Origin: Lama glama | Taxonomy: Eukaryota | DNA length: 64,000 nucleotides | Direction of reading: 5' to 3' | Assembly: GCA_028534125.1 (NCBI GenBank) | Contig: CM052817.1 | Location: 35,404,001 to 35,468,000, forward strand | The notes under the pieces: model-generated | What the model was told of the DNA's origin: nothing | The model's database searches: none | Seen by the model: only the letters and a program-made list of their open reading frames with translations | Made by a program: the position numbers and the translations under genes | In this document: one piece after another, positions 1-14,303 of the stretch | How positions within the stretch are numbered: the stretch's first letter is position 1 | How the letters are laid out: every line of letters begins with the position of its first letter

Positions 1-643
1 GGCAGGGGCACAAACCCCACCTCTCAATGAGAGAAGTGGCAAAGAATTTATAGGCACTTAAGAAAAGAAAACTGCCACACCCAATGATGTGAGCCTTTTG
101 GTATCCTTGCGCATGGTTTTTGTAGGCAGAAAAGGCTGTTCAGAGGTATATTCTTGATTTAAATAATTAATAGTCATCTTTTTAAATTTCAAATTAAAAA
201 ATCTATTTCTTTCTTAGGCTTTTAAGTGTAGTTTGGAAGGTTATTCTAATGACAATTCTAGCAGCTTTTGACAGTGACTTTTAAGAGTCTGGAATAATGT
301 TTGATTTGGTTTCCAAACTTATATACTTCCAAATACTTTAAACTGTATTTATAAATATATTAAATTTGGTTTCTTTTTTGAGCTTCTTACTTCAGCCATC
401 TCCATTAAGAAAACCTTCTCAAATATTAAATGACTATGTAAAAATTGAATATAGTGAACAGATATAGTGAACCTGAAGGTTTTGACATTGTAAGAATGAC
501 ATCAACTTAATGTCATGATTCTAAATCAGTTACTTAATTATACATTCAGATTGCAGTTGTAAAGGTATCACTGATGGGTCAAACTCTCTTAAAACATGTA
601 CCTACTTTTTATTTAAATAGTATATACTTACTTTTTGTTTTAG

Positions 644-1460
644 TTTTTCATCTTTATTTTATTGAAATAGAGTCAGTTTACAATGTGTCAATTTCTGGTG
701 TATAGCATAATGTTTCAGTTATACATATACATACAGATATTTGTTTTCATATCCTTTTTCATTTTAAGTTACTACAAGATATTGAATATAGTTCCCTGTG
801 CTATACAGAAGAAACTTGTTGTTTATCTATTTTATATATAGTAGTTAGTATCTGCAAATCTTGAACTCCCAATTTATTCCTTATCACCCTCTTACCCCTC
901 TGGTAACCATAAGTTTGTTTTCTATGTCTGTGAGTCTGTTCTGTTTTGTAAATAAGTTCATTTATCTGGTTTTTTTTTTTTTAGATTCCATATATGAGTG
1001 ATATCATATGGTATTTTTCTTTCTCTTTCTGGCTTATTTCACTTAGTATGATGATCGCTAGGTCCATCCATGTTACTGCAAATGGCATTATTTTATTCTT
1101 TTTATGGCTTAGTAGTATTCCATTGTATAAATATACCACAACTTCTTTATCCAGTCATCTGTCAATGGACATTTAGCTTGTTTCCATGTCTTGGCTGTTG
1201 TATATAGTGCTCCTATTAACACTGAGGTGTATGTATTTTTTCAAATTATAGTTTTCTCTGGATATATGCCCAGGAATGGGATTGCTGGATCACAGATTAA
1301 GTCTATTTTTAGTTTTTTGAGGAATCTCCATACTGTTTTCCTACAAACTACATTCCCATCAACAGTGTAGGAGGGTTCCCTTTCCCCATACCTTCTCCAG
1401 CATTTATTGTTTGTGGACTTTTTAATGATGGCCATTCTGACTGGTGTGAGGTGATACCTC
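644..1460 (-). mobile_element. 5'-truncated LINE-1 (3' UTR plus ORF2 C-terminus)
   Basis: ORF 1241-1537 carries the L1 ORF2 C-terminal motif (YHLTPVRMAIIKKSTNNKCWR..VWRFLKKLKI..DPAIPFLGIYP). T-rich tail at left; imperfect TSD actttttgttttag (630-643) / actttctgttttaa (1461-1474). Confidence 0.9.
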
Positions 1461-1553
1461 ACTTTCTGTTTTAATACTAATCTCAGATTTACTGAAAATC
1501 TGCAAAAATGAACATTTTGGTCCATTGACTTTATCATTCTCTCTCCTCTGTGG

Positions 1554-1580
1554 TGTGTGTGTGTGTGTGTGTGTGTGTGT
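1554..1580. repeat. (GT)n microsatellite
   Basis: Uninterrupted GT run. Confidence 0.95.
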
Positions 1581-2479
1581 ATTTAAATTTTTCCCTGAAT
1601 CATTTTTTGAGAGTTACAGACATAATATACTCCATTTCCCTCAACACTTCAGTGTATATTTCCCAAGAACAGGACACTATCTTATGTAACATACTGTTAC
1701 CAAGATCATGAAATTTAACATTGATATAATACTATATTTGGTCTATAGTCCATGTTCAATTTCATCAGTTCTTGCACATATTTATTCTTAAGACAAAGTA
1801 TTAATTCTATGATTGTGATTCTCTCAGCTTTTTTACAGTTAATTCTAAATCTTAAAGTTTAAAGATAACACACGCCCACAAAAGAAGTCCAGGTACTGTC
1901 ACAGCTGTCTGAGGATACTTGCCACCAGAGACTTTGGGTGGATACACTGGGGAAGTCCTTTTACTATGAATGTCATTCCAAATCTTTTTTTTTTTTTTTG
2001 TGGTAGCTTTATTAGGACTACGAAACTTAGAAAGAAAGGGGTTGTTTCTTAGCTCACTTAGTCCATAACCATCACCCTCTCTTTACTTAAAGATGTCCAC
2101 AGCTGCTACTCAGACTAATCAACTTGGTTAGGTATTTTAAATCTTTGACTCTTGATACATTTTGACTTTTAATACTCTTCTTTTCTATCTGGCATATACC
2201 TTTGAAAATTACGCACTTGTATTCTGCATTTTTATGATGCTTTGTCTCATTTGCTGTCCTAATTTATGAAGTCATTCTACCAATATGTCCCTCCCCAATC
2301 ATTCTCAATCTCTGATTATTTTCTGAGAATAAAAATTCTCACAGTATAATTAATGGATCGAGTATGAACATTTTGAGGTGATTCATATAAAATCCCAAAA
2401 TGTGTTTCAACAGAAGGGATTTTGATTTACATATTTGTGCTGCCTTTTTTACTGTACATAATATATTAATTATATATTT

Positions 2480-4460
2480 TATAAAGTATTAACTGTATAA
2501 TAAAGTGATATCTCATTAAAATACTTTCATTTCTCTGATTATTAATAAAGTCAAATAGCTCTCCACATTTATTTACCATGTGTAATTCTTTTGTAAATTT
2601 GTCTATTCATGGCTTTATTTTTCTACTGGTCTATACATTTTTTATTGATTCATGAAGTTCTTTTCATCTTAAGGATATTAATTCTTCATCTGTTATATAT
2701 GATGTAAATATTTTTCCTAGCTTGGAACTTAAAAGTTTGGGGTTGTAATTTATATAATAATAATATGTATTTAAATTATAATATATATAAAATTTAAAAT
2801 GCATAGATCTTAAGTTGTATAGTTTAATAAGGTTTTAACAAATGTATATACCCATGCAAAAACCACCCCAATCAAGATGCAAACATTATCCTAAAAAGTT
2901 TCCTCATGACTGTTTCCAGTCAACTCCCGCTCCACCCCCTGCCTCAGAGGGAACCACTTTCAGATTCCTATCATCATAGACTCATTTTGCCTGTTCTTGG
3001 ACTTGATATAAATAAAATCATACAGTATATACTCTTTACTGCTTGGCTTCTATTGCTTGGCACAGTATTTTTGAGATTCATGCATGTTATTAAGAGTATT
3101 AATAGATTTTTCCTTTTTATTGACAAGTATTATTTCATTGTGTAAGTATATCACAGTTTGTTCATTCACTTTTGGTGGACATTTGGGATGTTTCCAGTTT
3201 GGGGCTATTTTGAATAAGTTGCTGTGAATATTCCTGTACAGACATTTTTGTGGACATACATTTTTATTTCTCTTGTATAAATACCTAGGATTAGAATCAG
3301 CTCTTCTATCCTATGACCCAGCTGGCCATAAGGTATGTGTATATTTAGTTTTAGGAGAAACTGCTCAAGTATTTTCCAAAATGTGTGTGCAGTTTTAACC
3401 TCACCAGCAGTGTATGAGTGATCTAGATGCTGTACAGACTTTACAACATTGGTATTGTCAGCTTCTAAAATATGTAGCCACTTTAGTGAGTGTATAGTGG
3501 CATCTCGCTGTGGTTTTAATTTACATGTCTAGGATGGCTGTTCATGTTGAGCACTTGTCATGTGCCTGTTGGCATTTGTATGTCTTCTTCTGTCATTTAG
3601 TTAGTAGATTTTGTGAAACATTCTTTTGGATTTTCTACCTACAGAATCACATTTTGTGTTAATGAAGAGTTGGCTTGTCTTATGAAACTTTTACCCATTT
3701 AAAAAAATGGGTTATTTTCCTTTTATCAATGATTTGTAAAATTTATTTATTCTGGCGCATTTCCTTTGTCAGGGTTATGTATTTGTAAATATGTTCTCTC
3801 TATTAATTTTCCTAATTGTATCTTTTCTTAAGAAAAAGATTTTCAATTTGTCAGTTTTTTCTTTTATAGTTAATGCTTTTGGCGTCTCAACTAAGAAATC
3901 TTTGTCTTCCCCCAGGTTGTGAAGGTATTGTAGATTTTCCTATAGAAGCTTTATAATTTTTGATTTTATATTTATGTATATTATCCACCTTGAATTAGTT
4001 TTTTGGTAGCTGTGAGGTAGGGATTGAGGTTTGTTTTTTTCCATACCAAAATCCAATTTTTCTAGTACCATTTGATGAAAGGCTTTCTTCTCCCTGTTGA
4101 ATGGCCTTGGGTCTATTCGTGGACTTCCCAGTTCTGTTGTAATTGTTTACTTACCTATTCGCATGTCAATACTTTACTGTCATGATTACTGTAGATTTAT
4201 AAGTCTTGAAATAAAATAGTATAAGTCCTCCTATTTTGTTCTCCTTTTTCAGTTTATTTTTGGTTCTTCTAGATCTTTTCCATTTTCACATAAATTTTAG
4301 AATCAATGTGTCAGTTTCTACAAAAATGCCTGTTGTGATTTTGATTAGGATTGTCTTGAATATTTAAAGCAACTTAGAGAATTAACATCTTAGTAATAGT
4401 AAGTTTTCTAACCCATGAATGTTTTATCTCTCTTTATTTAGATCATCTATAATTTTTTCC
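2480..4460 (-). mobile_element. Old L1M fragments (L1MC/L1ME-like), probably nested
   Basis: Typical antisense L1 3' motifs (ggacatttgggatgtttccagtttggggctatt; tgttgagcacttgtcatgtgcctgttggcatttgtatgtcttc). Confidence 0.8.
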
Positions 4461-5045
4461 ACCCACAGTTAAAACCCTGTTTTATTTCCTATTATTGACC
4501 ATATTATCCTCTCAAAGTCTTGTAAGTGTTGAGTTTGAATACAAGTGCTTTAAATAGAAGACCATGTAATTTGAACACACTTCCACAGTTAAGGTAGTGA
4601 GGAGTGTCTTGGGGGACTAGTACAACATTGTCTATGGAGGTATATGGTTTGACCTTTTTTCCTCTTGGCTTTGGTTTCTTTTTCTTATTTGTTCCACTTA
4701 AGAAAAGAGCCAGTTACATTCATTTTAAGCATGAGGATTTGTGATAATGATTCCTGATTTCCAAAGAGCAAAATAATTAAGAACAAAGTAGAACTTTCCC
4801 CCTTACAGTGTTCTTATGTGGTAGGGCTGGCCTTCCATCTTGTCTGAGTTTATCATTCCAAAGTCAGTGTTGCCATTTATCTCATAGTCAATATGTGTAA
4901 TTACCATTTCCTCCCCATCTTTAGTTTAATAGTAAGTTCCCAAAAAGCTCGGTTGGAATCCATTCAACCTAGTTTGAAAAGGATGGAAATTGATCCTTGC
5001 CACTATGATCATAAGTTACTGCAGGATTTTCCTCCTTTCTTCTAG

Positions 5046-5070
5046 GTTTGCTGAGAAATCTGCTCCAGAG
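5046..5070 (+). CDS. THEGL: Candidate 25-nt micro-exon of THEGL, (x)FAEKSAPE
   Basis: Strong acceptor ttttcctcctttcttctAG (5044-5045) and GAG|GTCAGA donor. It leaves an 82-nt intron and reads without stops into the phase-0 exon at 5153. Confidence 0.45.
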
Positions 5071-5152
5071 GTCAGACACTACTTTGTAACCTTGACTGAG
5101 ATGGTGTTTATTGTTTGATACTTGAAGGTACTATTTTTGTTTTCTCCCCTAG

Positions 5153-5422
<270 letters not shown>

Positions 5423-5449
5423 TAGCTGCAAGATAGGGAGAGAGGCTGG

Positions 5450-5900
5450 GGGTAGAGGCGGAGAACATGGGCTTTGGAGTCAGTAAGATCTGGGTTCAAA
5501 TTCTCACCTCACCACTCCTATCTCTGTGATTTTTAACAACCTTCCTGAGCCTTATTTATTGAAAAGAATTTGAAGGCCTACTGTGTGCCAGGCATCTGCC
5601 CAGTGAACAAGATGGAGGGAGACAAAAAACAAAGAAGTAAACAAATAAGATAATGTCAGGTAGTGATAAGTGCTGTGAATAAAACAAGTGAGTAACTGTG
5701 GCTGAGGGTGGGGAATAAGTGTCTTTCCACATGGTAGTCAGGGAAAGCCTCTCTAAGGAAGGGATATTTAAGCTGAAACCTGAATAATGAGAAGGAGTCA
5801 GCTAAGTGAAGATCCGCAAAGAGAATATTCTGGTAAAAGGAAGAGCACATGCCAAAGTCCTAAAGTTGGGATGACCTTGACGCTGGGTGGAGCTGGGTGA
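5450..5900. mobile_element. MIR fragment followed by antisense L2 3' fragment
   Basis: ggctttggagtcag..ctgggttcaaat (MIR core); ctactgtgtgccaggca..cagggaaagcctctctaagga (L2). Confidence 0.7.
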
Positions 5901-6589
5901 GCAAGGGGACTGTCAAGATAAGTTTCCAGCTTTAGGACTTAGGACTTGTGATAACAGATGAGGCAGGTGTTCAGCTCAGAGCCTGGCACATTCAGTGGCT
6001 TCTCTCCCTCTTCCTCCCTGACACTCCCCTCCATTTATTGTAGTGGCCACTTAGCCCCCAATCCCAGTTGAGTTTTCAATAAATATCTAATGTTCATGTT
6101 GCCAAAGGAGGTCAGACCAATTTCATCCTCTTTATAGGAACCTGAGGATTTGATAGGGAATTCTGTTAGGAAATTCCCTGTTAGGGAATCAAAAACTCTT
6201 GGTAAAGTGTCTTGAGTTTGCTAAAGTGACTTGCCTTGTGATCCATGGACAAGTCACTTGACTTGCAGGTTTGTTTGTTATGTAAAATGGAAACTATAGG
6301 CATCTTTAGTTGCTAGGATTGTTTGAATTTTTTTTTTAAGTCTTAAAAAAGTGATACCACCGCAGATAATCGCACTCCTAGAACCCAAAGTAATCTGTAC
6401 CAGTGCAACACAGAACCATTTCAGGGCTTCTGAGAGGCATTTGCTATCATCCTAATTCTTCTGAATGAGCACTTAAGAGAGAGAATAGTAGCTACACGCC
6501 ATCCTTCGTATTTTACCAATAAAGCAACATAATAGGAAGGCCTCCTCGTAGACATAGTTTTTCAAAGTAAGACCAAAAGGAGTTAATCA

Positions 6590-7420
6590 GTCAGTCAGTC
6601 AAGATATATTTATTTAGCACCAATTGTGCACCAGAGCCTAGTCCAGAAACAAGTACTTCTCTTAAGCAGCTTGTATTCTAATGGGGAGAAGCAGACAATA
6701 AACATACCAGCAATGAAATGGATGAGCTAAGTCAGGTGTTGGTAAGTGCTGTGAAGAAGATTAAATAAGTACTGTGGAAGAGGGTAATTAGAAACAGTGA
6801 TTTCTCTTGGGTGGTCTGGGAAGAACTCCTTGAGGATGTGATTTTTGCGTCTAGAGACTTGAACAACAAAGAGGCCACCATGACAAGATACAAGAAAGAG
6901 GATTTCAAGCAGAACTAGCAAGTGCAAAGGACCTGAGATGGGAAGAGCTGGGCCAGGGGGGCCTTGTGTGGTGGGAATCACAGTGATGGAGGCGGGGAGG
7001 GGTGGAAGGGGAGGCCATAGGAGGGGCAGCAGCCAGATCATGGAGGGCCATCTAGGCCACAGTAAGGAGCCTAAATGTTATTCTGAGCAAAATGGAAAGC
7101 TACTAGAAGGTTTTAAATCCTGAGAGTGACATGATCTGACCTGGGCCTCAGAAGTCCTTCCCTCCTAGAGTTGTTACGATGATTGCAGAGGAATGATGGC
7201 GGCAAATCACTTAGAATTCCATCTGGCTCATGGAACACACGAGTTAAAATGCTTTTTCTCTCCCTCAGTAACTGTGACGTGAAGGCTGATTGCAGAGGGA
7301 CCAGAATGGAAGCAGTAAGCCAGTGTGGAGAGTCTGTTGCAGCAATCCAGGAGAGAAATGATGGAGACTCATTAGGGGTATAGCTGTAAAGAGAGGGAGG
7401 CACGAAATTGGAGATGTATT
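6590..7420 (-). mobile_element. LINE-2 3' fragment in THEGL intron
   Basis: tatttatttagcacc..; agccagatcatggagggcc..gagagtgacatgatctga..gcagcaatccaggagagaaatgatgg are characteristic antisense L2 segments. Confidence 0.75.
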
Positions 7421-7445
7421 TTGTGTCTTTTTGTTTCCACTCTAG

Positions 7446-7667
<222 letters not shown>

Positions 7668-8809
7668 TAGGGAAAGGGGAAAGTTGACCTCATCAGGACA
7701 GTGAAAAGAATTGTCAAAATAGAAGAAAATTTTAAAAACATCTCACTTGTTACATTTGCTGTGATAAATCTATGATCTTCCTACCATAAATAGAAGGCTA
7801 CAGTTAAAGAGTTAGTGGACTAGAATTGAACTTTAGACCTAGGAGACAACTCTGTCATTATGGATACAGGATTATTTATCTAACATATATTGTTAAGTGA
7901 AACAAGTTACAGAACAGAAGCATAGTATGTTGCAATTTGCATAAGAAAAAAGTAAGTATGTGCCATATAGTAACTCAGAGAAGTAAGCAAGAAGCTAGTG
8001 GCGATAGTTACTTTGGGGGCCTTGGGGGCTGGGATGGGAGAGAGACTTATTTTTCACTACATTGGCTTTTGTATTTTTTAATGTTTTTGCATCATGTACA
8101 TGTATGAACTATTTCCAGTAAATCAGAAAATATATTCAACAAAGAAGAAATTGTGTGTAATTCCTGTTCATTTTTTAGAAAACCTCTTAACTTGCCTGAA
8201 CCTCAGCTCATTTGGTTCCCTTCAAGGGATAATATCTGATCCCCTTTTTAAAACATCATCAGGAAAACCTAACTGAAAAAGTTGTCGTAGTCTTGAGCTC
8301 AAGAACAGGAAATATTTTAGGTCTTATATAATAAAATATTTTAAAAGTTTTATAACTTGGTTTTCCTTAAAAAAAAAAAAGTTCAACATCAAATGAAATG
8401 ACACGCATTCTCTGTACACTGACAAAGGAAAGGGAAAAGTAAGATCAAGTGCTCAAGGTTCTATCCTGGTAGCAAAATTATTATTTGGTGGTTAAGGTGT
8501 TAAGGGTGCAAACTTCAAAAAAATTGATTTCTTTAAGTTCACCAGAGGACTGTCTGGCTTGTTTTTAACATTGCTAAATTATTGAGAAATTTCCAGAATT
8601 TACTTTCTGTGGAGAGAGCCAAGGCTTTAAAATCTGACACATACACAGATCTAGATTTGATCACAGATCATTCTTACAACTTCCCTGGGCCTTCATGTCC
8701 TTATCTGTGCAGTGGAGGTCATGATACCTGTTTAATGGGGTGCTTATGAAAATCAAAATAGGATAATATCACAGTGCCTACCACATTGTGGATGCCTGAG
8801 GAATGTTAG

Positions 8810-8974
<165 letters not shown>

Positions 8975-9177
8975 GTGCAGAAAAGCCGCATCAGTCAAAC
9001 TCTAGTTATGCTTCTGGAAGACAGATGATTTAGTTCCCTGGTCTGGTACTATCAGTTGTATCCTCCACCCCCTCAAAACACACGAGACCTCCAGGGAACA
9101 TCGCTGTGACTGTCGAATAGCAATCGCTGCTGCTGCCTGGAGTCATGTCTTTAGCAGGTTTGGGGGCTCCGGCATGC

Positions 9178-9183
9178 AATAAA
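9178..9183 (+). terminator. Polyadenylation signal of THEGL
   Basis: First AATAAA seen after the stop codon, about 200 nt downstream. Confidence 0.6.
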
Positions 9184-10242
9184 AGAGAAAGTGATAGCCT
9201 GCCTTATTATCCTTGCTATCTCCTCAAGCGCATCTTGGCTGTCTCATTGCTGGGACTGACCTGGAAGAAACACTCTTCCTTATCTTTGCTGGTTTTGCTT
9301 TTCTTTTCCCAGTGAGATCTGTGTTCTGCAGGAGCTGATCTCACATCAGTGCCTTCTCTAATAAGTCCTGAGAACTGAAATCATTCTGTGTTATTTTTCC
9401 AACGTCCCCTCATAACTGAGAAATAACACTGACATGGTGAAGCCTTTGTGGATAAGTCAATATTTATCATCTGTAGATGAAATTTAGGGAACAGGTGACC
9501 GTAAGTGATCACATCTCCATCAAGCTGCTTTTCATTCATGCTCAGTGTCACTTATCATGAAGGACAGAAAAAAACAAGGCATTGGGTAAGTGTTATAATG
9601 CTTTGTCAAATTGCATCTGCCCAGAGTTTTTCATTTTGCTTTATTCTCTCCATGGATCAGTATTTTACAAATGAAACTAACCTTTATGGCATATCTAGCT
9701 TTATATGAAAATGAACTTGTTTACACATGAATGAGTTCTGTCTCTAAGGCCTGTATGTTAAGGGGCTAGCTAGTGTTATAGAAAGGCAGTACCACACAGC
9801 AGTTTTGGTGGTTTTTTGTTTTGCTTCTGTTCGGGTTGTTTTTTTTAACATAGAAAAAAAGCTGGGTTTATTGATTAAAATGAAATGTGGAAGCTCAGTT
9901 CTTTCCCTAGCTCAAATTAAAATAAGCCGAGAGCTACTGGATTTGAATCCAACAAAGAGAGAGAGTTCCTTTCCATGGTCAGTGCTGAGATAGACTCGTG
10001 GTAGGAGGTTTGGCCCTCCATCGATTGCAGAGCAAATGTTTTTTCTGTACTTTTGGAACAGATCACCTGAATCACACATTGAGCCAGATATGTAAATTGA
10101 TAACTGAAGCCCAACTAGAATTTGTCTGGGTCTAGGATAAATCATGACATTTATAAAACTCAAGTACATTTCTGAGATACCTTCAATGTTTGTACATTTC
10201 AGAACATGGTGAAATGTACGTATTCAAAAGTACTCTGAAAAG

Positions 10243-10412
10243 ATGGACTTCCGGCAAGGCTGCAAGAGGAACTCCAGTGACCACACTCCCCAGTGAAACT
10301 GGTGAACATTAATTTTTTTTTAATTAAAGCTTCTGGAAATGGTCCCAAGGACAAACAGCAAATATCTATGAAAATTCAGTAAGAAAGGTGAGAGTCTGTG
10401 ATATTCGAACCA
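10243..10412 (+). mobile_element. Old L1M 5'-end fragment
   Basis: gacttccggcaag..aaagcttctggaaatggtcccaagg..aaattcagtaagaaaggtgagagtctgtg resembles ancient L1 5' UTRs. Confidence 0.5.
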
Positions 10413-12579
10413 CATTTAGGCAGATTGTTGTTTCTTACCACAAATTCCAAGTTCTGTTTTAAAATTCCCAAATTATGTTCGCCTACTCCCTTTGACTTGG
10501 ATACAAGAATCTTAGAACCTAATGAGCATCATGTTCAAACATTGTGAGCCCCTCAGTAAGTAAAATTCCTAGCATTGTGACTAGTCACAGTAGGAAATCA
10601 AAAATTGGTGGGCACCATCCTCATTATCATCAGTATGGTATCAGTAGCAGCTACCAGCAATATCGCCTCCACCACCACCCCGGGGGAGGGCCATCTCCTC
10701 ATGCCCCTCTTCTACCTGGTTTCTTGTGCTTTAATCTAAATTTGTTTTTACTTGCTCCATGGAGTGTATGTATGTGTGCCTGTCTTTAGTATGTGTTTGT
10801 GTGTAAACTGAGAACTTCCTAAATCCTTTAAAAAAGTGGTTAAGTTATAATTAAATAGTCTCGCTGAGGAATGTTACAGAGGCTGTAATGAACTACCGAG
10901 TGTTATGATAATTTCACTAAGAGGCTCGAATGTGTTCTCACCTCTTTTCGCTTTCAAGGGTAATAGCTGTGAATGTCTATGTTTCCGCAGTTTTATTCCC
11001 AAATAGTAGGTGTTAACTGTCAGGCCTTGGAGTGATTTTCAGCTCCCTGTTAGGAGGAGAAAGGTGAAGAATGTGATTTTCTCCTTATTAGATAAGTGAA
11101 ATTTAGGAAAGTTAAGATTGTCCATTTTGGAATACAGCGTCAGATTATTCATGGTCTACCTGAAGTGTCAAAGAATTTTTTTCAAAAAGCTACTAGTTAA
11201 GGAAAGCCCAGAATTTCTCTGGACAAAGAATAAAGGTTAAAACTATTTTATCCTGTTCTACATTATAATATTCCCTCCTTTCCTCCACTGATTCTCCAAA
11301 ACAAACAAAATGAAACCTTAATTGAAAGTTCCCATTAGATCAGGTTAAACAGGATTTTTGCTGAACTTGACTATCATTGTGCCCCAGCTCAACATCTGAA
11401 TAGTCTATTTTCGTAACTCAGTTGAGTGTTGACTAACTTCATGTTGAATTAATTATTAAAGAAAAGCTCATTAAAATGTTGATATAAAATATGTTTTGAT
11501 TTTTTTGAACAGTAGGAAAAATTAAATTTATTCATCTAAATATTGAAAAGAGAATGTGGTATTAAAATTTGAAGAAAGTCAACTGACTTCAATGTGGCAA
11601 AAAAAAACCCTCTATTTAATAAATGTCGGCATCTTTTAGAGGGAGGCAAAAAGGAAAGCATTCCATTATTAATGGGTATTGTTGACTAAACTTAAATGGT
11701 GTACTAATGAGTGATAATTGACCACTATTATTCTGGTAGTTGTAATTGAAAAGTAATAGCAAAGAAGTACCTCACATTTAAGTAGTAATTTTAATTTCTT
11801 TAATTCCCAAACATTACTAATTTACCTTCAATTATACTGTAAGAAGAGATAGAGAAGACATGATTCTACCTTGTTTAGATTTCTTACTGAAAAACAACGA
11901 GATGTTATGTACCTTTATTTAACTTTAACAGTGCTAAACCATGGGGAAAAAAGTGATAAACTGAATCCTCCCGGTGTTGTCTCATTATATTTAACCATGG
12001 ATTTTCTGCTTTTTTTGAACAATTTATGAAATGTTTTGTACTTTGGATTTTTATCTGAAAGACAGACTAAACATACTGAATACTCTCTCCAGATTGTTTT
12101 AAAAATTAGTAGCTAATTTTAATTATTTTTAAATTATTATTTTGTTGTTCATTATTCTAAATAGCTTCTTTGGAAACCAGAAGGAAAAATTATATACATG
12201 AAATATAGGTATACTTTTTTTATACGTATACATTTTAAATTTGACCTCAACCACTTCTTTTTTTTAAATTCAGGTGAAATTGGTATATAACACCATATGG
12301 GAATTTTGAACTTGAGTTTTGGAATCAGACAGACCTGGGTTTGTATCCCACATGGATCATTTACCAGGTATGTGATTTTGAACAAATTCCCTAACTCCCT
12401 GTGCCTCAGTTTCTTTATGTGTAAAGTGAGTTCCTACTGCACTATTTTAAAGATTAAATAAAAGTATATAATAAGGTATGAATAGGAAAAAATTGTTTAA
12501 AAATTCATCTCCTTTTGCCTTCTGTGGGGGTGGCATAGTTTATATCACCAGGAAAATAAATATATTTATGGCTTGATTC

Positions 12580-13760
12580 ATACATTAAATGAATGTTCAT
12601 TGAATGTCTTTCTTTGCCAGGTACTGTGCTAGGCACTGGAGCTATCATAGTGAGCTGAACAGATATGGGCTCTGCTCTCTTGCGCCGTTTAGTCATTTGG
12701 GAGAGACTGATGCTATTCAGACATTCACAAATAAATGTAAAATTACAGCAGTGGCAAGTGCTATGAAGGAGCGGTTATAGCGCTATGAGGTGACAGATTA
12801 GAGAACTTTGACTCCCTTGGGAAGGTGAGGGAAAGCTTCTTTAATGAAGGGACGTTTGGGCTGAAATCTAAAAACTGAGTGGGGTTAACTAACAAAGAGG
12901 GGACAAGAAGCCAGTCCAGGTAGTGAGAACACGTGTTTAGTGGCCGTCTGTTGATTTGGGGGCCACCCTGCACCCATTCCTGCCTTTTCTGGTAAGAACT
13001 CCCAGTTTTCTCTTGGGGAATTACTCTCTCTTCACTGATAAAGGATTACTGGGGCTTTTATTCAAGGTGCCCTGGCCCAGGCCTGGGCACGTGACCTGAG
13101 CCAGCCAGGCTCGCTGATCTGTCCTCCAGGGCAGAGTGGTGCAAGTGGCGGGGGTGGCTGGAGCCAGCACTTCCCAGTAATGGTGACCTGATGAGGCTTC
13201 ATTTTGCTCCTCCTACTGTGTCCCTGGAGCTGCCTGGCCCTCCCATGGCCCTTCACCTATTCCTTTGACAGAGGAGCTGTGCACAGCCTTCCAGTAAACC
13301 CCCTGTGGTAGATGTGGGACTGAACAGCCAATGTGGCTCAGATGGGAAGTAAAAAGACATTGTGATCAATGAGGAGGTAGAGGATGGAAGCCAGGTGATA
13401 CCGGGCCCTGGAGGCCATGTTTAAGATTTCAGTCTTTATCCTGAAACCAGTGGGAGCTGTTGAAATAATTTAAGCATAAGGATAATGTAATCTTGGTTGC
13501 CTTTTGAAGAAATTACCTTGACAGATAAATTGGGGAGGGGGCAGCGGCGATTGGCAGACAAGTTAGGAGGCTACTTAGTAGATCGGATGAAGGGTGTGAA
13601 TAGTTTGGTGGTACCGTGGTGGAGATGGGAAGAAGTGACAGACTTGAGAGGTAGTTGAGGAGGTGAGTTCTCACAGGACTTAGTGATGAATTGGATATGG
13701 GGTAGGGGAGAGAAAAGCATTCAAGACAATTCTTGATTTCTAGGTTACGAAACAGGATAG
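12580..13760 (-). mobile_element. LINE-2 fragment interrupted by other old repeats
   Basis: ttcattgaatgtc..tgccaggtactgtgctaggcactgg; ggtgagggaaagcttc; aggacttagtgatgaattggatatgggg. Confidence 0.65.
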
Positions 13761-13764
13761 ATAG

Positions 13765-14188
13765 TGAGACTCTGAATATACAGATGGACAATGGCCAGGC
13801 CGTATATGACAACAGAACTCTGGCCCACAACCTCCGTAGCAGCCAGCCCAGAATGGTCAGGATCTGGTCAATGGTCCCTCTTGGTGCCTACTTTTGGCCC
13901 CACTCTCAACTCATTATCAACCAGAGAAAGCCAAATATATTCCACAAGTGACTCACATACGATGCCCAGTTTCTAAGTTAGCTGATCTCCAAATTCCCCA
14001 TGCCATCAGTGTCTAACAGAGCGTTCCCAAAGCCTTTGTCCCCTGCCCACAGCTATAAAACTGGCCCACTCCTCTGCCTTTGAGTCTCTGCCAAATGCAA
14101 GTTGTGGCGGCTGACTCCCTTGGCATAGCAATCTCTGAGTTAAAAGCCTGTATGTGTCTCATTTAGGTGATCTTCCTTTATTTCCACA
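13765..14188 (+). mobile_element. Solo ERV1-class LTR (MER34/MER39-like) inserted in L2
   Basis: TG...CA termini flanked by a 4-bp TSD ATAG (13761-13764, 14189-14192); internal ctataaaa TATA-like motif near 14054. Confidence 0.75.
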
Positions 14189-14303
14189 ATAGTTACCCTT
14201 TGACTGACAGGGAGATGACCAAAAGAGTGGAGAAGTGTGGGCTCAGTTCTGGACACTTAGGTTAGAGGATGCCTTTGAGACATCTAAAAGGGGGTGGCAG
14301 GTG

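Noticed and set aside
1241..1537. 98-aa ORF as a gene
   Set aside because: Decayed L1 ORF2 C-terminus fused to flanking sequence.
1830..1960. Possible extra THEGL exon after ttttttacAG at ~1838
   Set aside because: No THEG-like peptide recognised and no phase-consistent exon could be built.
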